DNA from: Candidatus Puniceispirillaceae bacterium
GTDB taxonomy: Bacteria > Pseudomonadota > Alphaproteobacteria > Puniceispirillales > Puniceispirillaceae
Length of the DNA: 64,000 nucleotides
Direction of reading: 5' to 3'
NCBI GenBank assembly: GCA_965660165.1
Contig: CBFHYU010000004.1
Location: 16,931 to 80,930, forward strand
The notes beneath the pieces were generated by a model, which did no database searches, was not told the origin of the DNA, and was given only the letters and a program-made list of their open reading frames with translations. Positions 41,802-51,499 of this stretch are shown piece after piece (the stretch's first letter is position 1; every line of letters starts with the position of its first letter). The position numbers were made by a program, and so were the translations under genes.

Positions 41802-42955
41802 CGTCTGAGCCAATAGATAATTCTGAGCGTTATGCGGCATTTAACGATTCTAAATTGCTTGATTTACTGCCATTTCCAGTGCTGGTGATTAACCAAGAGG
41901 CCCGTTTTACATGGCTTAATCATGCGGCTGAAGCATTTTTTGATAGCTCGCGCGCCATGCTTGTTGGTAGTAAGCTTGCTCTTTTCTTTGCGGCAGATAG
42001 TCCGATTTTCTCTTTAATAGACAGGTCAAGAACATCAGGCAGGTCTGTAAGTGACAGTTCTGTGTCATTTTACAGCCCAAAATTCGGGGCAAGGCGCGGT
42101 GATGTGAATCTGGTGCCTATTATGGGTGCAAAAGGCGCTGTTTCTGAGCTAATTATCACCATTCATGAGCAAACAAGCTTTCGGCAGTTTGAAGATATGA
42201 ACCAGTTTAAGGGCGCTGCACTATCAATGTCGAAAATGACTGCGTTACTATCTCATGAGATAAAAAATCCACTTGCTGGCATAAAAGGGGCAGCACAGCT
42301 TCTGCAGATGGAGTTGCCAGATCAAAACCATGAGCTGAGCGAGATGATCGTCACAGAAGCAGATCGTATTACCTCATTGCTAAACAGGATTGAGACATTT
42401 TCGGTTGATGCACCGCTATCGCTGGATAATATCAATATCCATGAAGTCATCGACCATGCATTGCGGGTCACACGCGCGTCATTTGGACGGCATTTATCGA
42501 TTGAACGTCATTATGACCCCTCACTTCCCTTTATCGATGCAGATAGAGAGTTGCTGGTACAATGTTTTCTGAATCTATTCAAAAATGCATCTGAAGCTAC
42601 TGAAAAAAATGGGCGGCTGAAAATCAGAACTTCGTATAATCTGGCACGATATATGGCGCAATCAGCTACAAGAAAGCTTGTTCATCTGCCACTTCAGATC
42701 GAGATTGAAGATAGTGGAAGCGGCATTTCAGATGAGGTGGCAGCACATATTTTTGAGCCATTTATATCAACAAAAACTCAAGGGTCTGGATTGGGGTTGG
42801 CTATGGTTGCCTCTATTATTTCAGATCATGGCGGGACAGTCTCGTTAAAACCAGTGCCAGCAGGTAGCTGTTTTGTAATCAATCTGCCGTTAAGTGACAC
42901 TGTGCAAAACCAGCAACTTCCGCAATCATTAGATAGTGAAAGTCGCGGGCAATGA
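41798..42955 (+). CDS. ntrB: Nitrogen-regulation sensor histidine kinase NtrB
   Basis: PAS-like N-terminus, H-box LSHEIKNPLAGIKGAAQLL, N-box FLNLFKNASEA, G1 DSGSGI, G2 GSGLGLAMV. ATGA overlap with dusB. Confidence 0.85.
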   Translation: MTSEPIDNSERYAAFNDSKLLDLLPFPVLVINQEARFTWLNHAAEAFFDSSRAMLVGSKLALFFAADSPIFSLIDRSRTSGRSVSDSSVSFYSPKFGARRGDVNLVPIMGAKGAVSELIITIHEQTSFRQFEDMNQFKGAALSMSKMTALLSHEIKNPLAGIKGAAQLLQMELPDQNHELSEMIVTEADRITSLLNRIETFSVDAPLSLDNINIHEVIDHALRVTRASFGRHLSIERHYDPSLPFIDADRELLVQCFLNLFKNASEATEKNGRLKIRTSYNLARYMAQSATRKLVHLPLQIEIEDSGSGISDEVAAHIFEPFISTKTQGSGLGLAMVASIISDHGGTVSLKPVPAGSCFVINLPLSDTVQNQQLPQSLDSESRGQ

Positions 42956-44364
42956 CAAAACCACCTCAGATTATTGTAGCTGATGATGACCGTTCAGTTA
43001 GGATGGTGATTGTTCATGCGTTGAATAAACAGGGCTATCAGGTAGTTGCAGCATCTACCATCGCATCTATGTGGGATTTATTGCAAGCTGGCACAGCTGA
43101 ATTGCTGATCACAGATATTGGTTTTCCAGATGGGGATGCGCTTGAATTATTGCCGCGTATTCAGGATAAATATCCAGATATTACCATCATTATGATGAGC
43201 GCGAGGGCGAATTTGCTAACCGCTATCAGAACACAGCAAAATGATGTATTTGATTATCTGCCCAAGCCGTTTGAGCTAAAGGCATTGCTTGCCACTGTAA
43301 AGCGCGCCCTAACCTTAGGGAATGCGGATAATTTGCAAGATCAGATTGCTGTTACCCCATCTAGGATTTCACCTTCTTTGATGGGTAAATCACCTGCAAT
43401 GCAACTTACATTTAAGATGATGACGCGGTTTGTAGCCCAAAATAGCGCTGTGCTAATTCAGGCTGAGCAGGGGACAAACAAGCTGGATATTGCTCAGACA
43501 ATGCTTGAGATGAGCGGGCTTGCCACACTATCTCTTCTTGATGTTGATTTGGCGAAAATCGAACCAGACACACAATTTGAAACATTATTTAGTGCCAAAG
43601 GCATTTTAGATAGAGCTGCAGAAAAAGCGCTATTTATCAATGGAATAGAATTTCTGACCTCAGATGCACAAACTAGCCTTGCCCAAATGCTTTCCTTTAC
43701 CAATGGCCAGCTATTTACGCCGCCAAAACGACTATTTATCGGCACAGCAACAAATTTGAAGCTGATGGTAGAGCAAGGGTTATTCAGGGAAGATTTGTAT
43801 GATATTTTATCTGTATCAACACTGCGTATCCCTGCTTTGCGAGATAGAAAACAAGATATTAACACCCTTGCGCAGCATTTTTGTGAGGTTGAAAATAGAC
43901 AGAAATCAACATCTAAAATGCTAGCGCCAGAAAGTTTTTCAATTTTACAAAATCATCATTGGCCATTAAATATCAAAGAATTAAACGAAATTATTCAGAA
44001 ATCACATGAATTAACAAAAGGAGAGGTGATTTCTGCTGAAACGATTGATGGCGAGATTAGAAATGCTCAGATGAACACCATGCATCAGCACAATCGCCAG
44101 CTTTCAAGCGATGTGCAATATCATCTGGATAAATATTTCAATTCTCTTGGGGGTGAAATGCCAGCACCTGATTTATATCAGCGGATATTGCATGAAATTG
44201 AACGCCCGTTATTGGTTAGTACATTGCGTTTCACAAAGGGCAACCAGATCAAAGCGGCAGAGATTTTAGGGTTGAACCGAAACACCTTGCGAAAAAAGAT
44301 TAGAGAGTTAAAACTTTCAACAAGACGCGCAGATTATCGAAATCAAGATGGATATTCAGGATAA
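42952..44364 (+). CDS. ntrC: NtrC-position response regulator (receiver, degenerate AAA+ domain, Fis-type HTH)
   Basis: ATGA overlap with ntrB. The receiver has DDD, LLITD (D55) and YLPKPF. The central domain is collinear with sigma-54 activators (GLFREDLY, IPALRDRKQDI), but Walker A, GAFTGA and Walker B are degenerate. C-terminal HTH GNQIKAAEILGLNRNTLRKKIREL. Confidence 0.8.
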   Translation: MTKPPQIIVADDDRSVRMVIVHALNKQGYQVVAASTIASMWDLLQAGTAELLITDIGFPDGDALELLPRIQDKYPDITIIMMSARANLLTAIRTQQNDVFDYLPKPFELKALLATVKRALTLGNADNLQDQIAVTPSRISPSLMGKSPAMQLTFKMMTRFVAQNSAVLIQAEQGTNKLDIAQTMLEMSGLATLSLLDVDLAKIEPDTQFETLFSAKGILDRAAEKALFINGIEFLTSDAQTSLAQMLSFTNGQLFTPPKRLFIGTATNLKLMVEQGLFREDLYDILSVSTLRIPALRDRKQDINTLAQHFCEVENRQKSTSKMLAPESFSILQNHHWPLNIKELNEIIQKSHELTKGEVISAETIDGEIRNAQMNTMHQHNRQLSSDVQYHLDKYFNSLGGEMPAPDLYQRILHEIERPLLVSTLRFTKGNQIKAAEILGLNRNTLRKKIRELKLSTRRADYRNQDGYSG

Positions 44365-46600
44365 AGACAAGGCGATGAATAAAGCGGTTATCACGCCAGA
44401 TGAACAGCCTGCAGATAAACAGCGTTTATCGCGTAAAATACCGTTTATCTATCGCAATATCTTTGCCTATTTTGTGCTGTTTCTGTCCTTTGGGCTTGGT
44501 GGTTCAATTTATCTGGCATTATCTAGCGTCAAAGATGTATCCATCAATTCAGAGCTAATTATGCTCAGCCTGCTTGCCGCTGTGCTGATTATGGGGGTGA
44601 TGCTATATCTGGTTGGCGGCCGTCTGCTCAGAATATGGCAGGAACGCAAAGCGAAACAGGCAGGCGCTCAGCTTCATTTGAGGCTTGCCATCTTATTTGC
44701 GGGCATTGCCGCTATACCATCAATTCTGGTGGCATTATTTGCCGTATCAATTCTTGATCAGTCATTGCGCGGTTGGTTTGCAGACCGTATCTCAACAGCC
44801 GTGTCAGAATCTGTTGAGATTGCAAATTCCTATTATAATGAGCATGCAGGCTCCGTTAGCGCCCAGCTGTTGATTATGGCAAATGACATAAATCGCGAAG
44901 CCCCACGCCTGCTTAATTCATCACAACGGCTGAATGAGTATATTTCAAATCAAACTGTGCTTCGGAATCTGTCTGAAAGTGTGATTATTGATGGTACTGG
45001 TCAGGTATTAGCAAAATCCCGTTTTGCCTTTGCGATTACCTTTACCACAATAGATGAGACGTTAATCGAACAGGCACGCTCTGGTGATGTGGTGCAAATA
45101 AAATTGCCTGATAGCAACAAGATTCAGGCTTTGATCAAGCTAAATTCATTTGTTGATGCCTATCTGCTAGTAGGCAGATATATTGATGAAGATGTGTTAT
45201 CTGCGATTGACCGAACACGGGTTGCGGCCGAAGATTATCAGTCATTATTGATACGCCAATTTGATTTACAACTTAGCTTTGCCGTTATGTTTTCTGTAGT
45301 AGCTATTTTGATGGTATTATCTTCATTATGGCTTGGGCTTAATCTAGCAAATTCTATTGTAAATCCGCTTGTACGGGTAATCGCAGCAGCAGACGAGGTT
45401 AGGGCGGGCAACTGGCGCACGCGGGTTGATGAATATGATGATGTAGATGAAATTTCCAGATTAGGCACTAGCTTTAACAGGATGCTAGACGAGCTATCCT
45501 CATCTCGCGAACAGCTGGTTCAGGCTAACCACCAACTTGATGCCAGACGTGAATTTACAGAAGCTGTACTTGGCGGGGTGTCGTCAGGGGTGATTGGTAT
45601 GGATGAACATACCAGAATTACCTTACCAAATGATGCGGCATGCAAAATTTTGAATAAGACACAGCAAGCGTTGTTTGGGATGAAACTATCTGATGCAGTG
45701 CCAGAATTTGTTGTGTTGCTGAAAGATGTTCATGCCGCCAAAAAATCAAAACAGGTGATTAAAAGCCAGATTGAACTCACCGTGCAAGGCAAACGTATTA
45801 TTGTTCTTGTCCAGATAACCAAAGAGACAGTTGAAGGCAGGCTGGTAGGCTATGTGCTTACCTTTGATGATATAACAGATTTGCTTTCTGCCCAAAGAAA
45901 GGCAGCATGGGCAGATGTTGCACGGCGGATTGCCCATGAAATTAAAAACCCGCTTACCCCTATCACCCTCGCATCAGACAGGCTGATTAAGAAATATCTA
46001 CCTGATGATCCTGCTGAGCAGGCGCGATTTAAGGAATATGTGTCAATTATCAGCCGTCAAGTTGATGATATTGGCAGAATGGTTGATGAATTTTCAAAAT
46101 TTGCCCGAATGCCATCGCCTGTATTCCAGAAAATTGATATTTATAAACTTGTTACAGAACATAAATTGCTATTTGCCTCTTCAGAAAGCAAGCGTATCAA
46201 GATCGATATAGAAAGAATTGACGCGCCTATATTGATTGAGGCAGATTCAGGTTTAATGCGGCAAATGATGACGAATATCTTGAAAAATGCATCAGAAAGT
46301 ATGGTAGAGGCTGATGTTGATGCGCCTCTGATCAAAATAAATTTTGACACAGACCCAGCTAAGGAAGGCTCAATCACCATGAGCATTGTGGATACAGGGC
46401 CAGGCTTTTCAGGCAGTCAGCTAGAACAATATCTTGAACCGTATGTGACGACCCGTGAAAAAGGCACAGGGCTTGGGCTGGCGATTGTGCAAAAAATCAT
46501 TGCAGAACATAAAGGCTCTATTCATCTTGGAAATCACCCTAATGGCGGCGGTATCGTAAAGATTACTTTGCCGCTTGCATCTTCGGAGATAGCAGCGTGA
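44348..46600 (+). CDS. ntrY: Sensor histidine kinase NtrY
   Basis: Multi-TM N-terminus, HAMP, PAS, H-box IAHEIKNPLTPI, N-box NILKNASES, G-boxes DTGPGF and GTGLGLAIV. An alternative start at the ATG at 44375 would remove the 17-nt overlap with ntrC. Confidence 0.87.
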   Translation: MDIQDKDKAMNKAVITPDEQPADKQRLSRKIPFIYRNIFAYFVLFLSFGLGGSIYLALSSVKDVSINSELIMLSLLAAVLIMGVMLYLVGGRLLRIWQERKAKQAGAQLHLRLAILFAGIAAIPSILVALFAVSILDQSLRGWFADRISTAVSESVEIANSYYNEHAGSVSAQLLIMANDINREAPRLLNSSQRLNEYISNQTVLRNLSESVIIDGTGQVLAKSRFAFAITFTTIDETLIEQARSGDVVQIKLPDSNKIQALIKLNSFVDAYLLVGRYIDEDVLSAIDRTRVAAEDYQSLLIRQFDLQLSFAVMFSVVAILMVLSSLWLGLNLANSIVNPLVRVIAAADEVRAGNWRTRVDEYDDVDEISRLGTSFNRMLDELSSSREQLVQANHQLDARREFTEAVLGGVSSGVIGMDEHTRITLPNDAACKILNKTQQALFGMKLSDAVPEFVVLLKDVHAAKKSKQVIKSQIELTVQGKRIIVLVQITKETVEGRLVGYVLTFDDITDLLSAQRKAAWADVARRIAHEIKNPLTPITLASDRLIKKYLPDDPAEQARFKEYVSIISRQVDDIGRMVDEFSKFARMPSPVFQKIDIYKLVTEHKLLFASSESKRIKIDIERIDAPILIEADSGLMRQMMTNILKNASESMVEADVDAPLIKINFDTDPAKEGSITMSIVDTGPGFSGSQLEQYLEPYVTTREKGTGLGLAIVQKIIAEHKGSIHLGNHPNGGGIVKITLPLASSEIAA

Positions 46601-47979
46601 GTGTTGAAATTTTAATCGTTGATGATGAGCCAGATATTCGCTCGCTTATTGCGCTGACGCTTGAAGATGAGGGATTTCAGACAGTGCAGGCGTCAAATGC
46701 TGAAGAAGCACGAAATTTTATCGCCTCACGCCCGCCTTCATGCATTATTCTAGATATTTGGATGCGAGATTCAGATATGGATGGGCTTGAAACCTTGAAA
46801 TGGTGCCAATCTGTCTATCCTGAAGTACCTGTTCTGATGATTTCGGGGCATGGCACAATCGAAACCGCAGTTCAGGCTATTCGTCTTGGTGCCTATGATT
46901 TTATCGAAAAGCCATTTAAGGCAGAACGCTTAATTTTAACAGTACGAAAAGCGCTTCATCACCAAAAGATTGAGCGCGAAAACGCCGAATTGCGGGCACG
47001 TGCGAAGCAGGTTGAAATTAGCAACCTTACAGGCCAGTCATCTGCGGTAAGACAGCTTACTACCTCAATAAGCAAGGTTGCGCCTACCTCATCACGGGTA
47101 TTGATTCTAGGCCCATCTGGTTCTGGCAAAGAAACGGTAGCTCGGCTTATCCATCAGCAATCAGCCCAAAGTGAGGGCGCATTTGTGCTTGCGCCATGTG
47201 CAACCATGCCAGCCACAGAGGCAGATTTACAGCTATTTGGCTCGGAAAGCCTAAGCGGTAGCCGCAGGGTGATAGGATTGCTAGAGCAAGCGCATCAAGG
47301 CACCTTATATCTGCATGAAATTTGTAACTTGCCGCTTGAAACACAGGCAAAGCTTGTACGTGCTGTTACAGAACAGCGATTTAAGCGGGTAGGGGGGATG
47401 GTTGATGTTGCGGTTGATGTGCGGATTATTTCTGCCTCGCGCCGTGACCTTAGTCAGGCGATAGCAGATAAAACCTTGCTTGAAGATTTATATTACCGAT
47501 TATCTGTGGTGACCTTAATTGTGCCGCCTCTGCGTGAAAGAAGAGAGGATATTGCACCTTTGGTAAAGCTGTTTGCGCAGCTTAGCGCAGAACAATTCGG
47601 CAAAACTGTGCCAAAATTTGGAGATGATTTGCTAAATGCGATGCGGGCTTATGACTGGCCAGGCTCAGTCTTGCAATTGCGAAATATTGTTGAATCAATG
47701 GTTATTTTGAATGATGGTAGAAAAGGGGCTGTTTTAGGTGTGGATGATTTGCCAGCTGATATCACCTCTACCAGCGCAGATGATACCAACAATATCCTTG
47801 AGCAGGGATTATCTATGGCATTAAGAGACGCACGCGAATTATTTGAAAAATATTATATGAGCGCCCAATTAAGCCGTTTTGACGGCAATATTTCGCAAAT
47901 GGCAAAATTTGTCGGCATGGAACGTTCAGCATTACACAGAAAGCTGAAAACACTTGATATTATGGGTGAGCAGGAATAG
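46597..47979 (+). CDS. ntrX: Response regulator NtrX (receiver, AAA+, HTH)
   Basis: GTG start overlaps the ntrY stop (GTGA). Receiver ILDIWM and EKPF. Walker A GPSGSGKET. No GAFTGA. Walker B region reads LYLHEI. C-terminal HTH (GNISQMAKFVGMERSALHRKLKTL). Confidence 0.87.
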   Translation: MSVEILIVDDEPDIRSLIALTLEDEGFQTVQASNAEEARNFIASRPPSCIILDIWMRDSDMDGLETLKWCQSVYPEVPVLMISGHGTIETAVQAIRLGAYDFIEKPFKAERLILTVRKALHHQKIERENAELRARAKQVEISNLTGQSSAVRQLTTSISKVAPTSSRVLILGPSGSGKETVARLIHQQSAQSEGAFVLAPCATMPATEADLQLFGSESLSGSRRVIGLLEQAHQGTLYLHEICNLPLETQAKLVRAVTEQRFKRVGGMVDVAVDVRIISASRRDLSQAIADKTLLEDLYYRLSVVTLIVPPLRERREDIAPLVKLFAQLSAEQFGKTVPKFGDDLLNAMRAYDWPGSVLQLRNIVESMVILNDGRKGAVLGVDDLPADITSTSADDTNNILEQGLSMALRDARELFEKYYMSAQLSRFDGNISQMAKFVGMERSALHRKLKTLDIMGEQE

Positions 47980-48065
47980 ACAGCCTGATAATAAGATTAT
48001 GCTGTGAGCTATGAGATTGCTATCTAGCAGTTCTAGATGAACAGGTACAGGCGGTAGGAGCTATA

Positions 48066-49445
48066 ATGAAAATAGTCATTTGTGGCGCAGGGTTGGTCGG
48101 AAACGCGATTGCCAGACACCTCTCTGCCGAGGGCAATGATGTAACGGTGATAGACCATGATGCTGAGAGATTACAGCGCATTGTGGATGTAGCAGATGTG
48201 AGCGCTGTTCAAGGTGTGGCCTCACACCCTAATATGTTGCGACAAGCAGGGATGGCAGATGCAGAATTGCTGATCGCCGTTACAGAATCTGACGAGATCA
48301 ATATGGTCGCCTGTCAGGTTGCCCAAACTATTTTTGGCACGCCAGCAAAAATTGCGCGGCTTAGATCGCGCGCCTATCTTGAGCCTGAGGTAAAACAGCT
48401 CTACAGCCCTGAAAACCTGCCTATTGACCATATTATCTCGCCTGAAATTGAAGTATCTCAAGCGGTTGGTCGCCAATTAAGCTTGCCTGGTGCGTTTGAT
48501 ATGAAAGATATGGCAGATGGCAAGATCAGGCTGATTGGTGTTGTATGCCATGAAAGCTGCCCTATATTGGCAACCCCGTTACGTCATCTTACAGATTTAT
48601 TTCCCGGCCTTGCCATGACCATTATTGCTATCTTGCGAGGTAGTGAGGTAATTGTGCCTCGTAATGGTCAGGATATGCTTCAGCCAGGCGACAGGGTATA
48701 TTTTGTGTGTGATACCAATCAAACCCAACGGGCAATGGCCAGCTTTGGCTATGGCGATGAGGTGGTACATAATGTTGTGATCGCTGGTGGTGGTAATATC
48801 GGCCTATTGCTTGCCCAAGATATTGAAGCCCGTTTCGAAGGTACAGTCTGTCATATTATCGAAAGAGATAAAGCACAGGCGCATTTTCTGGCGCAACAGC
48901 TTCAGCGCACCTCTGTTACCTGCGGAAATTCACTTGATGGCGATATCCTAAAAGAGGCTGGTGTTGCGTCCACCGAGACCTTTGTTGCGGTTTCAGATGA
49001 TGATGAGGTAAATATTCTATCTGCATTGCTGGCAAAACGAATGGGGGCTATGCATTCAGTGGCGCTCGTGAATATGCCCGGTTTTGTGCCCTTGATAAGC
49101 ACATTGGGGGTTGATGCTGTGATTAACCCTCCGCAAATCACCGTATCATCTATTTTAGAACATATCAGGCGTGGGCGAATTGTGGATGTCCATTCAGTTG
49201 TTGAAGGGCTTGGTGAGGTGCTTGAAGCTGTAACCTTGCCAGGATCTTCATTGGTTGGCAGGCCATTGCGAGATTCACGAATTCCAAAAGGTGTGTCTAT
49301 TGGCGCTATTTTGCGAAATGATCAAGTGATTGCTGCGCGTGGTGATACCGTGATAGAAGAGGGCGATCATGTCATCTTATTTGCCCGTCATGGACGCGCT
49401 GGACGCGCAGAAGCAATTTTGAGCGATAGTAACGAGTATTTTTAA
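48066..49445 (+). CDS. trkA: Trk potassium uptake protein TrkA
   Basis: 459 aa with two Rossmann (GAGLVGNAIA and GGGNIGLLLA) plus RCK-C halves. Confidence 0.9.
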   Translation: MKIVICGAGLVGNAIARHLSAEGNDVTVIDHDAERLQRIVDVADVSAVQGVASHPNMLRQAGMADAELLIAVTESDEINMVACQVAQTIFGTPAKIARLRSRAYLEPEVKQLYSPENLPIDHIISPEIEVSQAVGRQLSLPGAFDMKDMADGKIRLIGVVCHESCPILATPLRHLTDLFPGLAMTIIAILRGSEVIVPRNGQDMLQPGDRVYFVCDTNQTQRAMASFGYGDEVVHNVVIAGGGNIGLLLAQDIEARFEGTVCHIIERDKAQAHFLAQQLQRTSVTCGNSLDGDILKEAGVASTETFVAVSDDDEVNILSALLAKRMGAMHSVALVNMPGFVPLISTLGVDAVINPPQITVSSILEHIRRGRIVDVHSVVEGLGEVLEAVTLPGSSLVGRPLRDSRIPKGVSIGAILRNDQVIAARGDTVIEEGDHVILFARHGRAGRAEAILSDSNEYF

Positions 49446-49501
49446 CATCTAACTGCCTAGCATGCACAAAACGCATCTTGCAGGTGAAATGGAATGATAG
49501 A

Positions 49502-50344
49502 ATGTCCCGAATTGCCTATGTAAATGGACGTTATACCCGTCATAACGAAGCCGCCATCCATATTGAAGATAGAGGCTATCAATTTGGTGATGGTATTTAT
49601 GAGGTTATCACTGTTATCAATGGCACGCTGTATGACTGTGATGGGCATTTGGCACGGCTAAAGCGCTCGCTGGCAGAAATATCTCTAGACAGTCCTATAT
49701 CTGAAGAGGTGTTGCGTTTGGTGATGATGCGTCTTATGGCGATGAATAAGCTCAAAAATGGTTCTATTTATCTTCAGATTACGCGTGGTGTTGCCAGACG
49801 AGATCATAAATTCCCCAAAGAAGCGCAGCCAGCGCTTGTGATGACCGTTAAACATGTGAAAGTACCCGCTCGTCAGCATGAAGAGGGGGCAAAAGCGATT
49901 ATTGTAGATGATTTACGCTGGGCAAGACGGGATATTAAAACCATTCAGCTATTGCCAAACTGCCTTGCAAAACAGGCAGCTGCTGAGCAAGGCGCATATG
50001 AAGCGATTATGACCATGCCAGATGGCACTGTCTCTGAAGGATCATCCTCAAATGTATGGATAGTAACCTCAGAAAACACGCTGGTAACACGCCCTGCAAA
50101 CTATGACATTCTAAATGGCATTACCCGTCAAGCGATTGAAAAGATAGCTAAAAACCGACAGTTAACGGTTGAGTTTCGCAACTTTGACACAACAGAAATG
50201 CTGGCAGCAAAAGAGGTGTTTGTAACAAGCGCTACATCTTTGGCAACAGCGATCACACAGATAGATGAGCATGTGATTTCAGATGGAAATGTCGGCGAGA
50301 TAGCCCGCGCCTTACGGGCAGATTATTTAACATCAGCGCAATAG
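49502..50344 (+). CDS. dat: D-amino-acid (class IV) aminotransferase
   Basis: The start was moved from the TTG at 49478 to the ATG at 49502 (MSRIAYVNGRY). EDRGYQFGDGIYEV, the catalytic-Lys region (RDIKT), and a position between trkA and hfq, as I recall for rhizobia. Confidence 0.85.
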   Translation: MSRIAYVNGRYTRHNEAAIHIEDRGYQFGDGIYEVITVINGTLYDCDGHLARLKRSLAEISLDSPISEEVLRLVMMRLMAMNKLKNGSIYLQITRGVARRDHKFPKEAQPALVMTVKHVKVPARQHEEGAKAIIVDDLRWARRDIKTIQLLPNCLAKQAAAEQGAYEAIMTMPDGTVSEGSSSNVWIVTSENTLVTRPANYDILNGITRQAIEKIAKNRQLTVEFRNFDTTEMLAAKEVFVTSATSLATAITQIDEHVISDGNVGEIARALRADYLTSAQ

Positions 50345-50407
50345 GTAGCAATCTAGCTGTCTTTATATTATCCTTGATGTAAATAATATGACAGAGGCGC
50401 ATTCGCT

Positions 50408-50647
50408 ATGGATAAGCATAATCTTCAAGATATATTTTTGAATCAGGCGCGAAAACAGCATGTTGCTGTTACCGTTTTTCTGATGAATGGCGTGAAATTG
50501 CAAGGGGTTATCACTTGGTTTGATAATTATTCTGTGCTGTTAAAACGTGATGGCCATATCCAGCTTATCTATAAGCACGCAATTTCGACTATTATGCCTA
50601 CCTCTGTTCTAGATTTATCAGAATTCCCTGATGTAGATGATGCCTAA
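50408..50647 (+). CDS. hfq: RNA chaperone Hfq
   Basis: 79 aa. [11 protein letters not shown], Sm1 [15 protein letters not shown] and Sm2 YKHAISTI. Confidence 0.95.
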   Translation: MDKHNLQDIFLNQARKQHVAVTVFLMNGVKLQGVITWFDNYSVLLKRDGHIQLIYKHAISTIMPTSVLDLSEFPDVDDA

Positions 50648-51482
50648 GCGCCTGTCAGAGCTATCCTATAATGCGCATCTTTGTAACTCGGTCATTGCTT
50701 CATTAGAATATGTAGCAACTGAGATTATTATGCCCTATTTTGGCAGGCTTGATACGCATATGATCGACACAAAATCCAGTGATACAGATTTTGTAACCAT
50801 CGCAGATACACAAGCAGAACTTCATCTGGCAGAAGATTTATCCTCTCTTATCAGCGGGTCAATCATTATTGGCGAAGAAAGTGAAGCCAGAACTTCAACT
50901 ATGCGTCAATATTGGCCAGATGGTGTGGTATGGGTTATTGATCCGCTTGATGGAACAAGAAACTTTGTAAATAAAAACAATAAATTCTGCTCAATGGTTA
51001 CATTAGTACATGATGGCATAGCGATGGCAGCATGGATTTACCGAGCTTCCGAAAAAGACTGTTTTTTTGCGCAGAAAGATAAGGGGGTATATCATCTAGG
51101 CGGCGATGGCGCGCAAAAATGTATGCCAGCGGGTCAGGCAAGTTTTGAAGATGCTTTGGGCACAGCAAATGCGATGGGGTTTGCTGAGCCGCTGAGGACA
51201 GAGGTTCGGGCGCGACTAAAAACCCATAAAGGCAGATATCATATTGGCTCTGCTGGTCTTGATGCGGTCGCAATCGCGCAAGGTAGATCAGAATTTATCA
51301 TGCATTCAAAACTAACCCCATGGGATAGCCTACCTGTAAGCTTATTTGCGCAGGAATTGGGATTTGTGGTGAAGATGGCAGAAGATGAAACAGAGTTTAC
51401 GCCTCTGAAAACAGGGATATTGATGATAGCAAGAGATGACACCATGTGGCAGTCATTCAAGCAATTTGTATATGGCAATTAG
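50637..51482 (+). CDS. Inositol monophosphatase family protein (IMPase/CysQ/HisN-like)
   Basis: [29 protein letters not shown] and a late WD motif (TPWDSLP). The ATG at 50637 overlaps the hfq stop by 11 nt. Confidence 0.8.
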   Translation: MMPKRLSELSYNAHLCNSVIASLEYVATEIIMPYFGRLDTHMIDTKSSDTDFVTIADTQAELHLAEDLSSLISGSIIIGEESEARTSTMRQYWPDGVVWVIDPLDGTRNFVNKNNKFCSMVTLVHDGIAMAAWIYRASEKDCFFAQKDKGVYHLGGDGAQKCMPAGQASFEDALGTANAMGFAEPLRTEVRARLKTHKGRYHIGSAGLDAVAIAQGRSEFIMHSKLTPWDSLPVSLFAQELGFVVKMAEDETEFTPLKTGILMIARDDTMWQSFKQFVYGN

Positions 51483-51499
51483 ATAAAGATTGTTGAAGG

